Assembly (NCBI GenBank): GCA_002307275.1
Contig: DBTX01000072.1
Coordinates: 57,454 to 121,453, forward strand
Direction of reading: 5' to 3'
Length of the DNA: 64,000 nt
DNA from: Hungateiclostridiaceae bacterium UBA1305
Lineage (GTDB): Bacteria > Bacillota > Clostridia > Acetivibrionales > DTU013
The first letter of the stretch is position 1, and the number at the start of each line of letters is the position of its first letter. Of the stretch, positions 46,086 through 54,368 are shown one piece after another. Position numbers and translations under genes: made by a program. The notes under the pieces are model-generated. The model did not search any database, was not told the origin of the DNA, and saw only the letters and a list, made by a program, of their open reading frames with translations.

Positions 46086-47339
46086 ATGGCAATTTTCAGA
46101 GATTATGATCCTGGCAGCGGTGATCGTTCTGCCGAGGACCGGCGAAGACACAAGGAACTCGTTGAGGGATCCATAAAAAAGAATATTGGAAACATCATTG
46201 CAGAAGAAAGCATCATCGGACAAAGCGGGAATAAAAAAATAAAGATCCCGATCCGGGGCATCAGAGAATATAGTTTCATATACGGGAAAAACACGAAGGG
46301 GGCGGCTTCCGGTGACGGAGATGAAAAGCGCGGCGATGTGGCCGGGGAAGACCTTGAGGGGAAAAACACCGGGACGGGAGGAGCGGGGGACAAGGAAGGC
46401 GAAGATATCTACGAGACTGAAATAACCATTGAAGAGCTTGTGAATTATCTGTTTGATGATCTAAAACTTCCCGATATAGACCGAAAAAAGCTTTCAGATC
46501 TCGAGTCGGAGAAGAGCTTCAGAAAGCTGGGGTATCAGAAAAAAGGCATACCCCCGCGGCTGGCAAAAAGAAGATCAGCTGTGGAAAAAATAAAACGAAG
46601 GCAAATGTACCAGAGGAGTTTGGATGAGTTGAACGGAGTGAACCGAGACAACTTGAAGGAGGATGAGCCGGAACATTTCCCAATTGCAGGGGATGAACCG
46701 GAGCAATTCCCAGTTGCAGAGGATAAGCCGGAACGTTTTCCTTTTACGGAGGATGATCTTCGATACCGACGGCTTAAAGAGACGCACAGGAAGGATTTCA
46801 ATGCGGTAGTCCTCTGTATCATGGATGTTTCCGGCTCGATGGATCAGACGAAGAAATATATGGCCCGGAGTTTTTATTTTCTGCTGTATCAGTTTTTGAG
46901 GCTCAGGTATGCCCATATAGAAATCGTTTTTATTGCTCATACCACAACAGCAAAAGAGGTGGGAGAGCTTGAATTCTTCCACAAGGGAGAGTCGGGAGGT
47001 ACTTATATCAGCAGCGGCTACGAAAAGGCCCTCGAAATCATTGAACAGCGTTACAACCCAGCCAACTGGAATATTTACGCTTTCCACTGCAGTGATGGGG
47101 ATAATTGGACGGAAGACAACAAAAAGGCGGTAGAGCTTGCTGCAAGATTGTGTGAGGTATGCAACCTGTTTGGCTACGGGGAGATCGTACCCGGCTATTA
47201 TTATGCCGGCAGTACGGTGAAGTCAGAATATCTCAAGAATATAAGTGCGGATAATTTCGTTATTGTTACCATAACAAAGAAAGATGATATTGTAGCCGGG
47301 CTGAAACGCCTTCTTGAAAAAGACGGCGAAGGTTTGTAA
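46086..47339 (+). CDS. yhbH: YhbH/YeaH (DUF444) sporulation protein with vWA-like domain
   Basis: MAIFRDYDPGSGDRSAEDRRRH start and DVSGSM MIDAS-like motif. Follows prkA. Confidence 0.88.
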   Translation: MAIFRDYDPGSGDRSAEDRRRHKELVEGSIKKNIGNIIAEESIIGQSGNKKIKIPIRGIREYSFIYGKNTKGAASGDGDEKRGDVAGEDLEGKNTGTGGAGDKEGEDIYETEITIEELVNYLFDDLKLPDIDRKKLSDLESEKSFRKLGYQKKGIPPRLAKRRSAVEKIKRRQMYQRSLDELNGVNRDNLKEDEPEHFPIAGDEPEQFPVAEDKPERFPFTEDDLRYRRLKETHRKDFNAVVLCIMDVSGSMDQTKKYMARSFYFLLYQFLRLRYAHIEIVFIAHTTTAKEVGELEFFHKGESGGTYISSGYEKALEIIEQRYNPANWNIYAFHCSDGDNWTEDNKKAVELAARLCEVCNLFGYGEIVPGYYYAGSTVKSEYLKNISADNFVIVTITKKDDIVAGLKRLLEKDGEGL

Positions 47340-47409
47340 ATTCACTGTATATGTTGCAAAAAGCAAAAAGATTTGCAGAAGGAATGAATTCATCGAAAAG
47401 GGGCTGAAG

Positions 47410-48801
47410 ATGTCGGATTACAGCATAAGTGAACTTGAGAAATGGAATAGATGCATTGAAGAAAAAGCGCTTGTGAAGGGAATGAATTTTTATGAACAGG
47501 AATTTGAACTGGTCAGTTACGAATCAATGACTTCCTATGAAGCCTATACCGGAATGCCTTCGCATTATCCGCACTGGAGTTTTGGAAAGGCCTATGAGAG
47601 GATCAGAACGCTCAACAGGTATAATCTGTCGGGTCTACCCTATGAAATGGTTATCAACTCCAACCCCTGCATTGCCTATCTGATGAAGGACAACACGCTG
47701 CTGCTCCAATTGCTGACGATGGCACATGTATATGGGCACAACGATTTCTTTAAAAATAACAGGTTGTTCAAAGCAGGCACAAGAGCTGAACATACCATAG
47801 AGCTCTTTAAAAATCACGCCGGTCGGATCAGGTCCTATATTAGTGATCCAAGCATCGGTTACGAAAAAGTGGAGAAGATGATCAATGCCGCACATGCGCT
47901 TCGGTACCAATGCGCGAGGACCATTGGCGAAAAGAGGCTGGAAGCGGAGGAGTTAAAAAGACGCATGCAGGAAGGAAACAAAAAGAGTGACAGTGATTTT
48001 CCGCTGCTTGATCTGCAAGAACACAAATACAGTGATGTACCTGATCTGAAGAGAATACCGCTGCAACCCGAGGAAGACCTGCTGGGATTTGTGGCAGCAT
48101 ACAGCAGGCATGAGGAATGGGAACGCGATATTATTGATATTATTCGTGAGGAAACGCTTTATTTCATACCGCAGATCGAGACAAAGATCATGAATGAGGG
48201 CTGGGCAAGCTACTGGCACTATTCTTTGCTAAATAGTCTGGAACTGCCGCAGCAGCTTCACTTTGAGTTTTTGCGGAGGCATAACCAGGTGGTTAGGAAT
48301 CATGAAGGCAGTATTAACCCCTATTACCTGGGGTTTAAGATATTTGAGGATATTAAAGCGAAATATCCCGGCAATCCGTCTATGCTTTTCGAGGTAAGGG
48401 AGATTGAACGGGACGCTTCTTTCATAAGAAGGTACCTGTCCAAAGAACTCTGCAATGAAATGAACCTTTATGAATATGAAAAGGACGGAAATGAGTATGT
48501 GGTTTCCGAAGTGCCGGATGATGATGGCTGGATGAAAATAAGAGATACGCTCGCAGCTTCGACCGGCATGGGAGGCATCCCCTGCATCAGGGTGACTGAC
48601 TTTATGCAGAAAGAGAACACCTTGTTGCTTGAGCATGTTTATGACGGAAGAGAGCTGGAATTGAATTATGCAAATGAAACACTCAGACATATGGTCGATT
48701 TGTGGGAAGGGAAAATAATCATGAACACCATTGTTGAAGGCCGGAAAAGATCCGTCGTTTGCGATGAACAGAAGAAAATTACTCTGATTAACGCAGGATG
48801 A
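47410..48801 (+). CDS. spoVR: Stage V sporulation protein R
   Basis: SpoVR pattern (HYPHWSFGK, NEGWASYWH). ATG at 47410. Confidence 0.9.
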   Translation: MSDYSISELEKWNRCIEEKALVKGMNFYEQEFELVSYESMTSYEAYTGMPSHYPHWSFGKAYERIRTLNRYNLSGLPYEMVINSNPCIAYLMKDNTLLLQLLTMAHVYGHNDFFKNNRLFKAGTRAEHTIELFKNHAGRIRSYISDPSIGYEKVEKMINAAHALRYQCARTIGEKRLEAEELKRRMQEGNKKSDSDFPLLDLQEHKYSDVPDLKRIPLQPEEDLLGFVAAYSRHEEWERDIIDIIREETLYFIPQIETKIMNEGWASYWHYSLLNSLELPQQLHFEFLRRHNQVVRNHEGSINPYYLGFKIFEDIKAKYPGNPSMLFEVREIERDASFIRRYLSKELCNEMNLYEYEKDGNEYVVSEVPDDDGWMKIRDTLAASTGMGGIPCIRVTDFMQKENTLLLEHVYDGRELELNYANETLRHMVDLWEGKIIMNTIVEGRKRSVVCDEQKKITLINAG

Positions 48802-48826
48802 TAATGTAATTCGGTAATAACAGGGG

Positions 48827-48855
48827 TTGACGGAGCCGCGGGTAAGTCTTATAAT
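48827..48855 (+). promoter_or_regulatory. Sigma-A-type promoter (TTGACG-17-TATAAT) for tRNA-Val
   Basis: TTGACG at 48827-48832, TATAAT at 48850-48855. Confidence 0.5.
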
Positions 48856-48907
48856 AAATCCATATCAATTTTCTTGCAGCGCTTTAAGAAAGTTGTTCAA
48901 ACATCGC

Positions 48908-48982
48908 GGGGGATTAACTCAGTGGGAGAGTGCTACCTTCACACGGTAGAAGTCATTGGTTCGAACCCAATATTCCCCACCA
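48908..48982 (+). tRNA. tRNA-Val (anticodon CAC), CCA encoded
   Basis: Hand-folded cloverleaf: acceptor GGGGGAT/ATTCCCC, D stem ACTC/GAGT, anticodon stem CTACC/GGTAG with loop TTCACAC, T arm ATTGG-TTCGAAC-CCAAT. Confidence 0.9.
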
Positions 48983-48983
48983 G

Positions 48984-49027
48984 AATAATTATTTGTTGGT
49001 AACACCAACAAATAATTATTTTTTTTA
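48984..49027 (+). terminator. Intrinsic terminator after tRNA-Val (perfect 16-bp stem plus T-run)
   Basis: aataattatttgttgg / ccaacaaataattatt followed by tttttt. Confidence 0.8.
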
Positions 49028-49101
49028 TTCCTTGTACACATATGGTAAAATAATAGAGAAAGCTGTCATGCTAAAATAGTTATTTGTGAGGTAGACTACA
49101 T

Positions 49102-50106
49102 ATGAAAAAATTGTTGATCTTTTTAGCACTGGTTACGATACTGAACGGCTGTGCTTCAAAGCCGGCCTCTGTAGACGGAGACTCAACAGAGGCAGCGGTT
49201 TCCGGTATCGGAAGTTCCGATTCGAATAATAAGCAAAGCATTTCTAAAACACTGGATGGAGAAATCAAGTTCTTTCCTACCTATGATGAGAAGTACAAGA
49301 CCGGAAGCAACGAAATGTATGATTTCTGGTTCGACATCCCCAATGAATGGAAAGCGGCGGATCAATCGGCGGACGGTTCGGAATACACCATTTTTACTGA
49401 TAATGATAAAGTCCTGATAAAAATTTCCGGTGAGATGATAACTGAGCCTGAAGATGAATATTATACCAAACTTGCCGGTAATAGCGGTACGATAACCGAC
49501 TTTACCTACAGGGACGGTTGGGTCGGAAAGAAGATCGGTGTCAGTGGGACCGAGACCTGGTATGTTCGCGTTGACGGTGACAGCTACATGGCACTTCATA
49601 TCAATGCTGCGGATCAAACTGAATGGTTGAAGCAAAATGAGGAGAAGCTTAGCTATGTGGCTATGAGCGAAAGAACTACCAAAGAAAGCTATGGGAAAGG
49701 CATGGATGGCGAGAACTCCGTGACGCTTGATGACCTTCAGTTTGGAAGTGTTAAGCTTGATATGTCATATGATGAATTAATGAAGGTGCTAAAGCAAAAA
49801 CCGGATAAAGAGGAAAAGGAGGAATATGAGGGATTGGAAGCCAGGACTTTGTTCTTTGCAGACAACACCCAAATATATGTGGTTGACGGCGCCGTGTATT
49901 CGATAAACGTTACAAGTCCGGGTTATGTCACACCAAGGGGGTTGAAGGTGGGGGACTCCACGGACAGGCTTATTGAACTTTATGGGGAACCGGACAGCAA
50001 GGAAGACGAAAATCATTGGGGATATAACTATAATGGCTATGAAGTATTTACTATAATCGTTGAAGATGGAAAAGTGAAGGAAATGCAAGTTGATCTTGTA
50101 ATGTAA
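49102..50106 (+). CDS. Lipoprotein of unknown function
   Basis: Signal peptide with lipobox LVTILNG|C. No recognisable catalytic motif. Confidence 0.55.
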   Translation: MKKLLIFLALVTILNGCASKPASVDGDSTEAAVSGIGSSDSNNKQSISKTLDGEIKFFPTYDEKYKTGSNEMYDFWFDIPNEWKAADQSADGSEYTIFTDNDKVLIKISGEMITEPEDEYYTKLAGNSGTITDFTYRDGWVGKKIGVSGTETWYVRVDGDSYMALHINAADQTEWLKQNEEKLSYVAMSERTTKESYGKGMDGENSVTLDDLQFGSVKLDMSYDELMKVLKQKPDKEEKEEYEGLEARTLFFADNTQIYVVDGAVYSINVTSPGYVTPRGLKVGDSTDRLIELYGEPDSKEDENHWGYNYNGYEVFTIIVEDGKVKEMQVDLVM

Positions 50107-50118
50107 AAGGAGAAGTAT

Positions 50119-50955
50119 ATGGATATGGTTACATATGATTTGGGAAAGATTCAGGAAGCAGCCGATTTTATTAAAACTAAAATAGGCAGCAAACCGCAGA
50201 TCGGAATAATCCTCGGATCCGGACTCGGATCGCTGGTAAATGCACTCGAACATCCACTTGAAGTAGACTACAGCGATATCCCGGGATTTCCTCAGACCAC
50301 CGTTCCAGGGCATGCGGGCAAGCTGGTCTTTGGAATGCTTGGAGGAAAATATGTGCTTGTGATGAAAGGACGCTTTCATTTTTATGAAGGATATAATATT
50401 TCACAAGTGGTTTTCCATATCAGAGTATTCAAGCTTCTGGGGATAGACAATCTGCTTGTTACAAATGCGGCAGGAGGTATAAACACAGCCTTCAAACCCG
50501 GTGATCTTATGATTATCACAGATCATATCAGCTTATTTGCTCCATCGCCTTTACGCGGTAAGAACTTTGAGATGTTCGGAACAAGATTTCCGGATATGTG
50601 CGGCGTTTACAACAGCTGCCTGATTGAAACAGCAAGGGAAGCGGCACAGGAAGAGGGAATCGGGCTGAAGGAAGGGGTTTATTCGTTTGCACAGGGGCCA
50701 ATGTTTGAGACGCCTGCAGAGATACGCGCACTAAGAATAATGGGGGCTGATGCGGTTGGAATGTCGACAGTGCCGGAGGTGATTACCGCAAGGCATTCGG
50801 GAATGAAAATCATGGGGATTTCCTGCATTACAAACATGGCAGCGGGAGTTCCGGGACAACCGCCAAATCATAAAGAGGTAATGGACACGGCAAAGCAGGT
50901 GGAGAAGAAGTTTGCCATGCTTGTCACAAGGATTGTTTCCAAGTGGTCTGTGTAG
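50119..50955 (+). CDS. punA: Purine nucleoside phosphorylase (PunA/PNP-I type)
   Basis: GRFHFYEGY, VGMSTVPEV and NMAAG motifs. Confidence 0.88.
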   Translation: MDMVTYDLGKIQEAADFIKTKIGSKPQIGIILGSGLGSLVNALEHPLEVDYSDIPGFPQTTVPGHAGKLVFGMLGGKYVLVMKGRFHFYEGYNISQVVFHIRVFKLLGIDNLLVTNAAGGINTAFKPGDLMIITDHISLFAPSPLRGKNFEMFGTRFPDMCGVYNSCLIETAREAAQEEGIGLKEGVYSFAQGPMFETPAEIRALRIMGADAVGMSTVPEVITARHSGMKIMGISCITNMAAGVPGQPPNHKEVMDTAKQVEKKFAMLVTRIVSKWSV

Positions 50956-51088
50956 AAGTCTGACCGAAAACTACTGTACAAAGACTCCTTGCCGACAGTT
51001 TAAATCCAGCTGCAGGACGGAGAACCACTATAAATGAATATAAACATAATAAAGACGTATATGAAATGAATATAATTGAAATTGATTG

Positions 51089-51117
51089 TTGATAATGTTA
51101 TTGGATTGGTATATAAT
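51089..51117 (+). promoter_or_regulatory. Sigma-A-type promoter (TTGATA-17-TATAAT) upstream of the HTH-methyltransferase gene
   Basis: TTGATA at 51089-51094, TATAAT at 51112-51117. Confidence 0.5.
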
Positions 51118-51199
51118 AGCAGTAGCAACAATTTTTTTTTATAGCTAATAAAGAAGAACCTTACGAAATCTTTTTACAACATGTATGGGAGAAATTGGT

Positions 51200-52000
51200 A
51201 TGGATAAAGAGATCCTTAATATGGAAGAGGCGGCTGAGTTTTTTAATGTCAGCATAAAGACTTTCATAAAGCTGCTGAAGGAAGAAAAGGTTCCGGCCAG
51301 GAAAATAGGCAGAGAATGGCGTTTCACAAGGCAAGCGCTTATTCAGTGGCTTTCGGCCGGCGATTCGCAGCAATATTCATCCAGTGACAGCGATACAAAG
51401 GAGTTTTTCGACAGGGTGGCACCGGAATGGGAAAGTATGCGGGATGGTTACTACGACGATTCGGTGATTCGTAGCCTGCTCGAAACAAAGCTTCTCAAGA
51501 GTGATATGACACTTGTTGATCTTGGTGCGGGTGACGGTTATCTTTCCCGTGCTGTCGCGTCACAGGTGGATAAGGTGATCGCTGTTGATATTTCCGGAGA
51601 AATGTTGAAGGAACTCAACAAGAAAGCGGCTCAGGATGGGCTTGATAACATCCGGACGATCATAGCTGATGGCTGTGACCTGCCTTTGGAGGATGAGAGC
51701 GTGGATTTAGTATGCGCTAATATGTTTCTTCATCATATTGAAGAACCTGCACTTGCCATCAGAGAAATACGCAGAGTGCTGAAACGTGGCGGCAAGGTGT
51801 TTCTGGCGGATTTGAAGGAACACGGCAACAGGGAGTTCAAGGAAAGGATGCATGACGCCTGGCAGGGATTTTCCCAGAATGAGATCAAGGAATGGTTTAC
51901 CAAATGCGGATTCAGAAATATTTCGCTGGATATGTCAAGTAAAAAAGCTGCATTAAAAAAGAATGATGATGGCATATTTACTATGACAGCTGAAAAGTGA
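51200..52000 (+). CDS. Excisionase/MerR-type HTH fused to a class I SAM-dependent methyltransferase domain
   Basis: N-terminus LNMEEAAEFFNVSIKTFIKLLKEEKVPARKIGREWRFTRQALIQWL (HTH_17 type). MTase motif I LVDLGAGDGYLS, and post-I/II motifs. Confidence 0.7.
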   Translation: MDKEILNMEEAAEFFNVSIKTFIKLLKEEKVPARKIGREWRFTRQALIQWLSAGDSQQYSSSDSDTKEFFDRVAPEWESMRDGYYDDSVIRSLLETKLLKSDMTLVDLGAGDGYLSRAVASQVDKVIAVDISGEMLKELNKKAAQDGLDNIRTIIADGCDLPLEDESVDLVCANMFLHHIEEPALAIREIRRVLKRGGKVFLADLKEHGNREFKERMHDAWQGFSQNEIKEWFTKCGFRNISLDMSSKKAALKKNDDGIFTMTAEK

Positions 52001-52003
52001 AGG

Positions 52004-52058
52004 AAATGCGGACCAAATGCGGACTAAATGAGTATTAAATGCGGACCAGATGATAGAT
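52004..52058. repeat. 11-bp tandem repeat AAATGCGGACC, about 5 units (3 conserved, 2 degenerate)
   Basis: Units are 52004-14 aaatgcggacc, 52015-25 aaatgcggact, 52026-36 aaatgagtatt, 52037-47 aaatgcggacc and 52048-58 agatgatagat. Confidence 0.9.
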
Positions 52059-52096
52059 AAGCAATGAATCACAGTAATCATAAGGAGTGCGAATGA

Positions 52097-53044
52097 ATGG
52101 GCAGGATAATTGTTGCGGGATCGATCGCTTTTGATCACATCATGGATTTTCCGGGTTATTTCGGTGATCAGATCATACCGGAGAAGATCAGTGAGCTGAA
52201 TATCAGCTTTCTGGTGAAAAGTTTGAAGAAAGTAAAGGGAGGAACCGCTCCGAATATTTCATACAGCCTTGCGCTGACTGGGCAGAAACCCGAGGTGCTG
52301 GGAACTGTAGGGAGCGATTTCGAGGATTACAGGAAATGGCTTGAGGGAAACGGTGTCGGGACGAACCTGATCAGAGTGAAGGAGGATGATTTCACGGCAT
52401 CCTGTTTTATTAATACTGATCTTGCAAATAATCAGATAACCGGATTTTATCCGGGCGCCATGGCTTTTGATCCGGAAATCAGCATGCATGACATTCAGAT
52501 GGAGGATGTGTCAATGGTGGTGATTGCACCGACTGAGCCTGCTGCGATGAGTAAATGGACTAATGAATTGCAGGAAATCGGGGTACCATATCTGTATGAT
52601 TCGGGAATGCAGATACCCAGAATGTCTGCACAGGATCTTGTGCAGGGTGTAATGGGAGCCACAATTGCAATTTTCAATGAATATGAATATGAAATGATGC
52701 TTAAAAAAACGGGCTTGAAAATTGAGGAGATATTGGAAACGGTTGAGCTTATAGTTGTAACCATGGGCGAAAAGGGTTCCTTCCTCAGAAACCGGACGGA
52801 AAGTGTGCAGGTTCCTGCAGCAAAGCCAATTGCTATCGTCGATCCCACCGGAGCGGGAGATGCCTACAGAGCAGGGCTGCTGAAGGGATATTTCGAAGGC
52901 GGCGGTCTCGAACGCATGGGGCAATATGCGAGTGTAACGGCAGTATATGCGGTTGAACATAAGGGCGCTACAGAACATAGCTATACTATTGAAGAATTTT
53001 ACAATAGATACAAAGAAAATTTTGGAGGATTAGAAGAATGGTAA
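52097..53044 (+). CDS. PfkB-family carbohydrate/nucleoside kinase (adenosine-kinase-like by context)
   Basis: GGTAPN and DPTGAGDAYRAG motifs. 7-nt overlap with ahcY. Confidence 0.75.
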   Translation: MGRIIVAGSIAFDHIMDFPGYFGDQIIPEKISELNISFLVKSLKKVKGGTAPNISYSLALTGQKPEVLGTVGSDFEDYRKWLEGNGVGTNLIRVKEDDFTASCFINTDLANNQITGFYPGAMAFDPEISMHDIQMEDVSMVVIAPTEPAAMSKWTNELQEIGVPYLYDSGMQIPRMSAQDLVQGVMGATIAIFNEYEYEMMLKKTGLKIEEILETVELIVVTMGEKGSFLRNRTESVQVPAAKPIAIVDPTGAGDAYRAGLLKGYFEGGGLERMGQYASVTAVYAVEHKGATEHSYTIEEFYNRYKENFGGLEEW

Positions 53045-54300
53045 AGTGTGATATCAAGGACAAATCCCTGGCACCAAAAGGGAAATTAAGGATCGAATGG
53101 GCAGACAATCAGATGCCGGTTTTGAAAATGATCAGGGAAAGATTCGCAAAGGAAAAACCGTTAGCCGGCAAGAAAATGTCATGTTGTCTGCATGTCACAA
53201 CAGAGACCGCGAACTTGATCAGGACGTTGAAGGAAGGCGGCGCAGACATCGTACTATGTGCTTCCAACCCGCTGTCAACGCAGGATGATGTTGCAGCATC
53301 ACTGGTTATGGATTACGGCGTTCCAGTATACGCGATCAAGGGCGAGGACAGGGATACTTACTACAAGCACCTGCTGGCTGCCATTGAACACGGCCCGGAC
53401 ATGACGCAGGATGATGGCTGCGATCTTGTAGGTTTGTTGCACAAGAACTACAGTGATACTTATCTGAAAAACGTGATCGGCGGTACCGAAGAGACCACCA
53501 CCGGTGTCATTCGCCTCAAGAGCATGGAAAAGGATAATGCACTGAAGATCCCTATCGTTGCGGTAAATGAGTCGGATACGAAGCATTTGTTCGACAACAG
53601 GTACGGGACAGGGCAAAGCACGCTGGACGGCTTGTTGAGAGCGACAAATATTCTGCTCGCGGGAAAGAACTTTGTCGTATGCGGCTATGGCTGGTGCGGC
53701 AAGGGACTTGCCATGAGAGCAAAGGGCATGGGCGCCAATGTTACAGTTACTGAAGTGGATCCGATCAAAGCGATTGAGGCTGTTATGGAAGGTTTCCGGG
53801 TAATGAAGCTGGAAGATGCCATGAGCATTGCCGATATCATCATCACAGTGACAGGTGACCTGAATGTTATCGATGAAAAGCATATCAAGCTTGCCAAGGA
53901 TGGCGTCGTAATAGCGAATTCAGGACATTTTAACGATGAAATCAACATCACTGCAATTGATGCTTTGTCGGCTTCAAAAAGAACTGTACGCGATTTTGTC
54001 GAGGAATATACGATGAAGGATGGCCGTATGCTGTTCCTGCTGGCGGAAGGCAGGCTGTTGAACCTGTCGGCTGCAGAGGGACATCCGGCAGTCGTTATGG
54101 ATATGAGCTTTGCAAATCAAGCACTGGGCGCTGAATATATTGTCAGGAATGCCGGTACAATGGATAGCAAGGTATATCTGCTGCCTGTAGAGGTGGATCA
54201 GGAAATCGCAAGGCTGAAGCTGGCATCCATGGGCATATCCATAGATGTTCTGACAGAGGAGCAGGTTACCTACCTTTCATCGTGGCAGAGCGGAACCTGA
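53038..54300 (+). CDS. ahcY: Adenosylhomocysteinase (short ~420-aa form)
   Basis: HVTTETA, GYGWCGKG NAD motif, LAEGRLLNL. Confidence 0.92.
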   Translation: MVKCDIKDKSLAPKGKLRIEWADNQMPVLKMIRERFAKEKPLAGKKMSCCLHVTTETANLIRTLKEGGADIVLCASNPLSTQDDVAASLVMDYGVPVYAIKGEDRDTYYKHLLAAIEHGPDMTQDDGCDLVGLLHKNYSDTYLKNVIGGTEETTTGVIRLKSMEKDNALKIPIVAVNESDTKHLFDNRYGTGQSTLDGLLRATNILLAGKNFVVCGYGWCGKGLAMRAKGMGANVTVTEVDPIKAIEAVMEGFRVMKLEDAMSIADIIITVTGDLNVIDEKHIKLAKDGVVIANSGHFNDEINITAIDALSASKRTVRDFVEEYTMKDGRMLFLLAEGRLLNLSAAEGHPAVVMDMSFANQALGAEYIVRNAGTMDSKVYLLPVEVDQEIARLKLASMGISIDVLTEEQVTYLSSWQSGT

Positions 54301-54368
54301 TAAAATGCAAGATTTGGAGGCTGTCCGACGGGCAGCCTCTTTTATAACGAACTTACCGGAGAGATAAA

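Noticed and set aside
45354-47087. Long minus-strand ORFs (205 and 170 aa) inside prkA and yhbH
   Set aside because: They are antisense shadows of two highly conserved genes. They have no RBS and no recognisable motifs.
50956-51199. Looked for a SAM or SAH riboswitch upstream of the SAH-cycle cluster
   Set aside because: I could not find the conserved helices or junctions of SAM-I/II or the SAH riboswitch. The region instead contains a good sigma-A promoter and short direct repeats.
53299-53883. 194-aa minus-strand ORF inside ahcY
   Set aside because: It is antisense to an unambiguous adenosylhomocysteinase gene.
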